The notes beneath the pieces are model-generated. The model saw only the letters and a program-made list of their open reading frames with translations. It made no database searches and was not told the DNA's origin. DNA of 64,000 bases from a virus: IMG/VR virus record IMGVR_UViG_3300032516_005094; one strand, written 5' to 3'. The position numbers were made by a program, and so were the translations under genes. Within the stretch, counting starts at the first letter, position 1; each line of letters opens with the position of its first letter. Shown here piece after piece: positions 1-8,500 of the stretch.

Positions 1-183
1 AATCTCCGTGACACTCCTATCACCTCTTTGCCCGCAGGGCTTAAGGTCGGTGGGAGGTTAGATCTCCGACGCACTAAGATCACCTCTTTGCCCGACGACT
101 TAAACGTAGAAGATAAGATCTACGTCGATGACCCCGCTAAAATTCAGTGCTCTGACGAGATAAGAAAGAAGCTCACCACATGA
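1..183 (+). CDS. 3' end of a leucine-rich-repeat protein (partial, runs off the window; not in the ORF track)
   Basis: Frame +1 reads NLRDTPITSLPAGLKVGGRL-DLRRTKITSLPDDLNVEDKI-YVDDPAKIQCSDEIRKKLTT*: two 20-aa LRR units plus a cap. The stop overlaps the next ATG (ATGA at 180-183). Confidence 0.85.
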   Translation, partial: NLRDTPITSLPAGLKVGGRLDLRRTKITSLPDDLNVEDKIYVDDPAKIQCSDEIRKKLTT

Positions 184-833
184 TCAACTTCTTTTCCCAA
201 GTAAAAAATAAATACTCTCTCGTCACCGCTGACTTCAAAACAACCCCTGCTTATGAGATTTTATATCACGGCTCAAGAGATCCGAGTTTAACTAAAGTTA
301 ATGACTATTCAAGCCATGGATTTTTTGACGCTATCTTTGCGGCTAAGGACTATGATGATGCACGTTCTCACGGAAAATATGTGTACGAAATACGACTAAA
401 AAAAGATGAAATACTAGAAGATATTCCTGAAACGGATCAAGTCTTATCTATAATAAAAGAAGAAACAAAGTTAAAAAATCGTAAAAAGGACACGGAATAT
501 AGTCGGGATTTGGATCTTTTATATTCAGTTATTGGTTTAGAAAAAAGCAGCGGTGATATTAGTCGATGGGTTGACTTTGACGACTACATAAAAGCACCAA
601 AAGATGCTGACAACTTTGAATTACTTTATCACAAAAATAAAATAACTAAACAAATTTTAGATAATATTAGTAATCTACTTGGTGAAGAAGATCCGATAAT
701 GCTTTGGCATGAAGCCCAGCGTATCCGAGGTGTTATTGCTAAAAAACTTGGTTACAAAGCAGTATCCATACAAGACGAACATGGTGTCAGCTACATTATT
801 TTGCCCTCGGTATTGTTAACACTCCTTGATTGA
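180..833 (+). CDS. Leader-tagged protein with an ADP-ribosyltransferase-like fold
   Basis: N-terminal leader MINFFSQVKNKYSLVTAD, then YHGS...GFFDAIFA...HGKYVY and C-terminal LGYKAVSIQDEHGVSYIIL, resembling phage ART-like domains. Confidence 0.5.
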   Translation: MINFFSQVKNKYSLVTADFKTTPAYEILYHGSRDPSLTKVNDYSSHGFFDAIFAAKDYDDARSHGKYVYEIRLKKDEILEDIPETDQVLSIIKEETKLKNRKKDTEYSRDLDLLYSVIGLEKSSGDISRWVDFDDYIKAPKDADNFELLYHKNKITKQILDNISNLLGEEDPIMLWHEAQRIRGVIAKKLGYKAVSIQDEHGVSYIILPSVLLTLLD

Positions 834-917
834 GATGATATTTAACTAGCAGAAAGAAGATCAGAAAATGAATGATCCTTCTTACCTGCCCTAGAATACT
901 GGTCTTAGCATAACCAC

Positions 918-1736
918 TTAACTTCCCCAATCAATTTCCGCATATTCAGGATCATTAATAATTTCAGTTACTTGGTTGATATTCTGTGTTTTTGTGTTTT
1001 CTATCCGTTGTTTAGCCATTTCAAAATACTCTGGCGCAATCTCGATGCCTACAAATTTCCTGCCTAGCTCGATTGCCGCTACGCCTGTCGTGCCGCTGCC
1101 CGTGAATGGATCGAGAACGGTGTCTCCTTCGTTTGACCAGCTAAGAATGTGGTCTTTGGCAAGCTGGAGAGGGAAGGTAGCTGGGTGTCCATTCTGATTG
1201 TGACCTATTACGAATTCCCAAATATTAGGTTTAGTCTTATCAATCTTAACTCCTCTAGGCGAGTGCCTGTCCCTTTGCGACCCATCCGCTTCAAACCACT
1301 GTGAGCCTCCCATCACTTGCTTGGATGGTATTTTTATGGGGTTAAAAGTTTTTGGTCTACCACTTGATAATATAAACATATATTCGAATTGTTGCTCGTA
1401 TCTATTGTGGGTTAGTGGTACATAATTTCGTTTACTGTAAATCATCGTATCATGTAAATTTAATCCCAATTCCTTAAAATATAGGGCTTGCTTAAAGCTT
1501 GTTCCTGTCTCGCTACCTTTAACCGTAGCATCCCCAACGACCCACACAATAACCCCACCAACCTTGATCACTCTGCATAACTCGCCCGCAATTTTCTCGA
1601 ATTCAAAAGAATAACCTTTATACTGGCGCAGATTGTCGTAAGGTGGGCTGGTCACTACCAGATCGATACTAGCATCTGGTATTTCTTTTAATTTTTCTGC
1701 ACAATCACCTAAAAGCAAAGTAACAGTATCCAGCAT
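918..1736 (-). CDS. DNA methyltransferase, N4-C/N6-A (beta class)
   Basis: Catalytic motif DLVVTSPPY precedes HPATFP and the SAM-binding VLDPFTGSGTTG...GIEI. Confidence 0.95.
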   Translation of the reverse strand: MLDTVTLLLGDCAEKLKEIPDASIDLVVTSPPYDNLRQYKGYSFEFEKIAGELCRVIKVGGVIVWVVGDATVKGSETGTSFKQALYFKELGLNLHDTMIYSKRNYVPLTHNRYEQQFEYMFILSSGRPKTFNPIKIPSKQVMGGSQWFEADGSQRDRHSPRGVKIDKTKPNIWEFVIGHNQNGHPATFPLQLAKDHILSWSNEGDTVLDPFTGSGTTGVAAIELGRKFVGIEIAPEYFEMAKQRIENTKTQNINQVTEIINDPEYAEIDWGS

Positions 1737-1780
1737 AAGTTAACTCCAAGATTCTAGTTTTAATCTATGGAGTTAACTTA
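1736..1780 (-). promoter_or_regulatory. Hairpin covering the methyltransferase RBS and start, with TAGATTAA between the arms
   Basis: Perfect 13-bp arms TAAGTTAACTCCA (1736-1748) and TGGAGTTAACTTA (1768-1780), plus 5 inner bp. The 3' arm on the minus strand contains GGAG and the A of ATG. Confidence 0.7.
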
Positions 1781-1797
1781 ACGATGTTTTACCGTTT

Positions 1798-2553
1798 TCA
1801 ACGGTATGAGAACATCTGTTTGGAATACTTGTTGTGGTAGGCAATGTATAAATAAAGATGCAGAAATAACCGATCAAGCCGCTTGGTTGTAACCCACGTT
1901 TTCCTGCGTAATCTCGATAGGTCGTGCCTTAATAAAGCACAAGTATGGTTGATACCGAATAGACTATCAAACCTACCGTCAGGATCTTTTCTTCCTGCTG
2001 GAATCTGCTTGATGTCAGCTTGCGGCATAGCCGCCTTAATGATTTTGGGATAGCAAGCAAGGGCATCTGACGCTACGGTGATCCTATCCTTGGCACAACG
2101 AGCTACTGTAGCCATAACCGACCTTCTAGCATCATCTCTGGTGTCATCACGTTCAATGCCTTTTAACCAAGCTAGGTCAGCCAAATGACCTTTGGCTTTC
2201 ATTGTTGCTATGCCAACGTCTATTATTTCCCCTGTTTTTGGTCTTACCGCCAACGAGATAGCTACTGGTTGTAACTTACTAACTTCAAAGGTTTCCATTT
2301 CATCAAACTGGACATAGGACGTTTTTAATTCACCATTATCAATGCGATCATTGTGTATTTTTAAAGCCTTAGATCCTAAGAATATCAGCTTATTGGCTAC
2401 GGTTTGTTGATGGCATTTTAATATCTTGGCAAGCCTACGGAGCGTCATACCAGAGGAGTATAGCTTGAAGATTTCTTCGTTTAAATAAGGCTTTTTCTGG
2501 TTTAAGGTGTCTCTGAATGTATGAGATGAAAATTTAGTACCGCAGGTTTTTCA
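1798..2553 (-). pseudogene. IS1-like transposase, N-terminally disrupted
   Basis: HTH (MTLRRLAKILKCHQQTV) then VQFDEMETF DDE-type motif. The frame stays open 34 codons upstream of the ATG (KTCGTKFSSHTF...KKPYLN) and hits an in-frame TGA at 2553-2551 where the first Cys of a CxxC is expected. No terminal inverted repeats found. Confidence 0.6.
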
Positions 2554-2710
2554 TACAAGTCTCCCTTCATTCTTAATAGACTTGTCGGATTTTCTGAGAA
2601 AAACTTAAATATTTATTCGAGTGTAATGGTTTCGTTTTTTATTTTAGCTGGTTGGCTTATGGGTAAGACCAGCATTGTGTAGCGGGTAAAAAAGCCTTCG
2701 ACAGAGCGGG

Positions 2711-2986
2711 TTAGTTAAAATTACCTGCCTTAATATTGGGTGTATCGATAATATCGAGTAATTCTGTATCGGGCAGATACCATTCACGCTTTCCATCAAC
2801 ACGGTATTTTTTGTAGATGTAATGAAAAAAACTTTCATCTTCTCTACTACCCTCTATTATTTTTAATATCTGTACATTTTGTGGCAGTGTCGCGGCTATA
2901 GTGGCTATGCGCTTAGTAGGATTGGCGGAATAACCAATCTTTATGCGGTATGGCGGCTCTGTTTCTTGTAAGAAATAAATCATCAA
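2711..2986 (-). CDS. GIY-YIG-like (T5orf172-type) domain protein
   Basis: IYFLQ...IKIGYSANPTKRI...E...H...R...EWY pattern. Confidence 0.75.
   Translation of the reverse strand: MMIYFLQETEPPYRIKIGYSANPTKRIATIAATLPQNVQILKIIEGSREDESFFHYIYKKYRVDGKREWYLPDTELLDIIDTPNIKAGNFN
2712..2752. repeat. 41-bp exact repeat, inverted relative to 54304-54344
   Basis: The reverse complement of 2712-2752 equals 54304-54344 (ATTATCGATACACCCAATATTAAGGCAGGTAATTTTAACTA). Confidence 0.95.
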
Positions 2987-3031
2987 AATCCAGAAAAATT
3001 ATAGGGTTGCCCGAAGGCAACCCTTATAAAA

Positions 3032-3253
3032 TTATTTAACTTCTGCCGCAGGTTGAACACAAGGAGGAGATACAACAGCTTTTTTCTTAAGGTGTTTTTT
3101 AGCTTTTTTTACTGCCGGTGCAGGTGCAGCCGGTGCCGCAGGCAATACTTCGGTTTTTACTTCAACAGGTTCTTTTACAGCTTCATCTAGTTTTGGTTTA
3201 CAAGCCAATGCTGCAGCAAACAATGCAGATACTAAAAGTGTACGTTTCATCAT
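3032..3253 (-). CDS. Small predicted lipoprotein with Pro/Ala/Lys-rich tail
   Basis: Basic N-terminus, hydrophobic stretch and lipobox-like AALA-C. Confidence 0.55.
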   Translation of the reverse strand: MMKRTLLVSALFAAALACKPKLDEAVKEPVEVKTEVLPAAPAAPAPAVKKAKKHLKKKAVVSPPCVQPAAEVK

Positions 3254-3456
3254 TATTCTCCTTTTTGATTAGATAATTCAGATTTTTGTTCTGCCTCAAT
3301 AATAAACTTTACAGCAGTTTCAAAATTAATCAAATCAATCATTTCATTTTTATTTAATGTTACGTCTTTAGAAGTAACTTTCTCCATCACAACTAAACCT
3401 TTTTCAAGAAAAGTAGAAATCTTTAATTCTGGTTTAGGCTGTTCTAACTCTGTCAT
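3253..3456 (-). CDS. Hypothetical protein
   Basis: ORF with GGAG RBS, coupled to the next gene. Confidence 0.55.
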   Translation of the reverse strand: MTELEQPKPELKISTFLEKGLVVMEKVTSKDVTLNKNEMIDLINFETAVKFIIEAEQKSELSNQKGE

Positions 3457-3480
3457 AAAATCTCCTAATTAAAATAAATA

Positions 3481-4077
3481 TTAATCACCTAGTGTCTCAT
3501 CTTCATGAGATAACATTTCAAAACCATCTAAAGGTGCTTCGTCTTTTTGCTCTTGCTCCGGCTGATATAACAAAGGAATAACCAAAGCAGCTCCACCTGT
3601 AGTTCTCATAATCATTTGCCTTAAAGCTTTTGGAATAATCCAAGGCAACCAAGGTCTTATTTTCGGATATAATAGTACAGTAAGTCCATGCTGCACCTTA
3701 GTAAAGGTACTAGGAGCAAGCGGCACTAAATCTTTACGGTCCACTTTCCATAAAGGACGTACTACAAAACAACCTAACGGTTGCCCTGGTGATGTTTCAT
3801 GCTCGATTTTTACTCGCCAAAAATCACCGTCTTGAATAGGCATAGTGTCGTTTTTAAACTGCTGGAGCCAATTCTTGTCGATAACCGCAATTTTATTGAG
3901 TGTCCAAGATACAAACGGATTTTTTTTGATTTGATGCTCTTGCTGATTTACATGGAATTTAATTACAGCTTCCATATTTATAACAGCAGATTTAAGCGGT
4001 CGGAGTAAAAATTGTTCTTCGGGAGTGAACTGTTTAAGGGTTTCTTCATCTAAACTTATAGGCTTAGTGTCTTTCAT
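3481..4077 (-). CDS. Hypothetical protein
   Basis: 198-aa ORF with GGAG RBS and TAGATTAA 37 nt upstream. Confidence 0.7.
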   Translation of the reverse strand: MKDTKPISLDEETLKQFTPEEQFLLRPLKSAVINMEAVIKFHVNQQEHQIKKNPFVSWTLNKIAVIDKNWLQQFKNDTMPIQDGDFWRVKIEHETSPGQPLGCFVVRPLWKVDRKDLVPLAPSTFTKVQHGLTVLLYPKIRPWLPWIIPKALRQMIMRTTGGAALVIPLLYQPEQEQKDEAPLDGFEMLSHEDETLGD

Positions 4078-4131
4078 AAGATCTCCCAGGAATAATTGTG
4101 AAAATACTCCTGTTTAATCTAATTAAGAAAA

Positions 4132-4155
4132 AACCCCACCTCGAAAGGTGGGGTT
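4132..4155 (-). terminator. Intrinsic terminator
   Basis: 10-bp stem AACCCCACCT/AGGTGGGGTT with a 4-nt loop, followed by a U-run on the minus strand. Confidence 0.85.
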
Positions 4156-4174
4156 AAATAAATATTTTAATTAA

Positions 4175-4322
4175 TTTAGAAGATCCAATCCAGCTCAACA
4201 CTCCTGATCCATCAGTGGTCTGTAAGAATCACATTTTCAGTTAGAGCGGCGTCCGGTGCTTTTATAGACACGTTGTGCGAGGCTCCACCGTCTTGTAAAT
4301 TAAGTTTTCCTCCAATAGCCAT
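4175..4322 (-). pseudogene. Remnant of a tail-fibre module
   Basis: MAIGGKLNLQDGGASHNVSIKAPDAALTENVILT, then after a frame break TTDGSGVLSW. This matches SVSLQAPTNLTSSVNLVLP...LTTDGSGNLSW in 14933-16987. Confidence 0.6.
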
Positions 4323-4435
4323 TTTCCATCTCCTTTTTTATATATCGATTTTTATTATAAAGGTGTAAAGCAACTTTTATATTATAAAAGTTGCTTAATT
4401 AAAAAAATTAATCGGTGTACTATTTAATCTATGTG

Positions 4436-5530
4436 TTAGATAAAAACTAAATACGGCGAATTATCTTGGGATAAACCAATGTGTGCCAGTGAAGCCGAAG
4501 CACCACCCTGAGCACTTATCTTAATATTAACTTGACCTGTGGTGCCTGACGTCCATGTGATAGCAGGATTTTTAGGTATCGAAAACTCTCTAGTACCGAG
4601 ACTTCCTGTATTTGCAACGGTTCCCAGCATAATATTATTATTTTTATACTTAATATAAAAAGTTACAATACATGAAAAATCAACATTTAAGCGGGTTATT
4701 AATTTATTTGGCTGACCAGATCCATCAACAATAAAAGGTAAATCCAGGCTATAAATAGCTGGAACACCGAGTAGGTTTAAATATTTTTTAGTATATTCAT
4801 TATTGATTAATACTACAGTCTCTTGCCACCTATTATCTATAGCAAGTGATACACCTGTAGCCGTGCTAGTAGCATTATTACTAAGTGTTAGCTGGCTAGA
4901 ACCAGTATTTACACCTGTAACTAGGCTATTTGCAGGTATGCCTGCTCCAGTAACGACTTGTCCTATAGCAATACCTGTCATACTAGAAACTGCTGAGACT
5001 GTAGCGGAGCCTGTCGTCAAATTACCTGTCACATTTATTACGCTAGATATTTTTATAGCGTCATTAAAAGGAGCTAAATATTCTTTATAGATACTAGCTT
5101 TGGGATTTATAACTCTGACCGGACGAGGTTGCAGGAAAAAAGAATTATTTAAAGGAGCACTGCCGCCTGGATACATAATCCAGCCAATTACCGTAGCATC
5201 CGTATAGTCCGTTTGTTTAAATATACCAGGAATTACTAACAGAAGGGCAGGCGAACCACCAATTACTGATGTGTCTTCGAGTTGATAAATGATCGTGTAG
5301 TTTGTAGGAAATGAAGATGCTTCAACTACTAATTCAGATATTTTACTTTCAGTAAGTACTACCCCATCAGGTAATAAACAAGATCCAGGGGATACATGCA
5401 AAATATTAGCAGCGCCTACTGAAAACTCTAGACCTTGTAGACGCCCTGGCTCCATCATGTTTGAAACTACAGTAGGCATATCTGCAGTCTCTATCAAAGA
5501 ACCAAATACGACTTGTCTTGTTTGCGACAT
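4436..5530 (-). CDS. Virion structural protein (tail/baseplate-associated)
   Basis: N-terminal GLEFSVGAANILHVSPG fibre-attachment-like segment and inserted module TGAGIPANSLVTGV...TLSNNATST. Lies in an operon with large tail genes. Confidence 0.55.
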   Translation of the reverse strand: MSQTRQVVFGSLIETADMPTVVSNMMEPGRLQGLEFSVGAANILHVSPGSCLLPDGVVLTESKISELVVEASSFPTNYTIIYQLEDTSVIGGSPALLLVIPGIFKQTDYTDATVIGWIMYPGGSAPLNNSFFLQPRPVRVINPKASIYKEYLAPFNDAIKISSVINVTGNLTTGSATVSAVSSMTGIAIGQVVTGAGIPANSLVTGVNTGSSQLTLSNNATSTATGVSLAIDNRWQETVVLINNEYTKKYLNLLGVPAIYSLDLPFIVDGSGQPNKLITRLNVDFSCIVTFYIKYKNNNIMLGTVANTGSLGTREFSIPKNPAITWTSGTTGQVNIKISAQGGASASLAHIGLSQDNSPYLVFI

Positions 5531-5540
5531 ATCTCACTTC

Positions 5541-8500
5541 CTAAATTACGAGCTGTAAATAAGCATTATTTTGAATATTAGTACCGCTAAAAGTTTTTAC
5601 AATAACATTGGCATATCTGTTAGTTACTAAAATTTTAGTAGTAGAGACTGAAAATAAAGCATCATTCTCAATCAGTGTAGGTGATGAATCACCCGTAGAC
5701 GTAGAATGATAATATAATTTAAAGTTACTTGGAATCTTACCTAAATTATGGTCAAACGTAACTGTACCATACGTCCCCGTAGAGGCACTATATGGTCCTT
5801 TTATTTCACTAATATAATTATCCTGATACCTATAATTTCTAATATCTGAAACACTAGTGCCGTTCCAAATACATTGACCTATAGGTAATGAAGTACGCGA
5901 CCGGACTTGTGTGGTCCGTGCTGTAAAATAACATTCTCTGTAACTTCTAATTTCGAAATATGTATTCACCGGAATAATATCTGGAACGTCACCCACTATA
6001 GTCATCGTATTGTTATCTACCACAGTAGCTATAGGTGAGAAAAAAGATCTCCCTGTAGCTGTGTTAACACTGCTCATCCAAAGTACTAATGGAATTTTAG
6101 ATGCGAGCATCGTGTTGATTAAAGGCTGTAAAGATGTATTTGATTTTATGGTAGAACTACCTGCACTAATAGCCTGCGTAGTTTTTCCACTCAAAACAAT
6201 CTGACCTAATTCTTGATCGACAAGAGTTATCGTATGTGTACCCGCTCCGGTATCTGTAATATCTATGCTACTTCCATTAGGAACTGTAGACACAGAAAAA
6301 CCGGCAACATCTACACCATTAACATAATATACAGTACCAGCCACTAAAGGTGCCGGAAGGGTATCAGTTGTAGAAAACTTAACGTGATCTCCAACTAATA
6401 AACCACTATAAGACAAATTAAATCTTTCAGTGTTTACGGTAATATCTGCTGGCACAAAATTGATCGCTATATTTCTTATTTGGCAATGTATGTAATAAGG
6501 TGTTGCTGAAGATGGTAAATTAGTAAAATCAACATCTAATGAGCGAGCAAAAGAATAATAATTACCGTTCAAAGCTACAATCAATGGATCACTTGACGTT
6601 CCCGCCACAGAAACTATTTTGGGATTTGCATTAGCATATAAAAACTGACTATTACCAAGAGTATCTGCCGGACCACTGACAATTTGATCTGGTATTGCTA
6701 GGTTACCTAGTGCTGTAGGTTTAAGATAATTGTCTGCAGTACCAGTAAGCCAATATGTTAAACCGTCAGATACATCTAAACGCTCTTTTAGTGAAGTGAC
6801 TTCTGGTTGTATCGTGCTTAATTTAGCATCTTCTAAATCTACATTTTGAATAGGAGTACCATCAGGATTTATTACCTGACTAAGCCTTGCAGTCAGATTT
6901 GCCGTTGTGCCTCTAGCTACTACTACTTCGCCAGTAGTAGGATCATCTAAAGCACTTAGTCTTGTGGCTAAAGCAGCTAAAGTTGTATTAGCCACTTCAG
7001 GTGTCATCTGATACAGAGAAAACGCATTAGCACGACTATCAGCACCAATTAGTCTTAACTGTACACAATAAAGCGAACTAGCTGTAGGTCCATTAAGCTT
7101 ATAAGCAGTGGGTGACAGTTGGCTCATCGGATAATAAGGCGACCAATCATTAGGTCCATAAGGCTGATTCACATAAATAGAATGTGTACCAGTACCCGTA
7201 GTGATCAGTTTTATAGCATCTCCACCTTTAGTTTTAGATACTTTGAACTGTAAACTTGTAGCACTAACCACATAATAAACTTGGTTGACAACCAAAGGTG
7301 AAGGAAGTGTCGCTGTAGTCTGGAAATAAACCGGATCACCATTCACTAGACCGTGATCAGTGATACTAATAGCACTGTCTACTGTGTCTGGTAAAATTAC
7401 ATCTGCTGGTATAAACGTATCAACTAATTCTGCAGGTTTGATTACCTGATATCTCCACTCCGCAGTTTCAAGTGGATAAAGTGCCTTAACGTAGCCTGTA
7501 GAGCCACGAGTTGATTTAGTTTCCCATTTATTACTCACTACATTAAAGACAGAATCAACCCCACAAGCAGTGTAGTCTACAAGCAGCCAAGTGCTCGCTA
7601 CTGATTCTTTTAACAAAATTAATTGAGCTGTGGCGTAACCACCTATTGTAATTAAGAGTTTAGTATTTGAGGGATGAATCTCAGCGTAACACCCACTTTC
7701 CCAAAGTGGGTTATTAATAGCGTCTCTAATATTTGTTAATGTATTTAATAACGAAGTTGGATCAACTAAAAATTCACCCAGAGTAGTAGTGGGGGATACT
7801 CTCGCTACTATTATTTTATTTGTGGCAATCTGAAGTTGATCTGCATTTTTTATATCTGCAACAGCATTAAAACCTAATACTGCTTTTAGACTTAAATTTA
7901 CCCAAGGGATAGCTCTAGATACATACGTCCATTTTTTCTCTGCCGATAAAAACCTGTTAGGTAAATGTGGTGTAGGTAGATAACCGTTAGTCGGTGACGT
8001 TATAGTGAAAGCTTCTAGTGGACTACTAAAGACGGCAGTTGTTAATCCAGCGCCTGAAAATTGTGGTAGCGTTACAATGAATTTCTCACCAATAACATTA
8101 CCGTTGAGCATTACATAATCACGAGTTGAAGATACTCGAACAGCCGTAACTCCTGTTTGGCTCGTAATTGCATTTACAGCGGTAACGATGGCATCCATTG
8201 ATCCACCGTGAGTACCCTGTGCTGTAACGGTGCCTATAGACACACCTGCTATTGTAAATGTGATGGTAGCAAGGGAAGTCGTAAAGTCCTGATTAAACAC
8301 TAGTTTCTGTCTATAACAAACAGTAAACCCGTCAGGAAATGCTTCAGGGCGCGTAAGCGATACGTTTGTATCTCCGGCAGTGGCTTTCCAACTAGAATCC
8401 CAAGTACCGTTATTAACCGTTGCTGCTATATTATTTCTGATTTCTGTATTACCTGTTACAGAACTTACAGGTATTTGTACTTCGCCTATATTTGCATTAG

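Noticed and set aside
1-120. 60-bp periodic repeats (also 29095-29215) as a CRISPR array
   Set aside because: They are in-frame 20-aa LRR units with no unique spacers and no cas genes.
1780-2760. Complete IS element around the transposase
   Set aside because: No terminal inverted repeats or target duplication could be found by eye.
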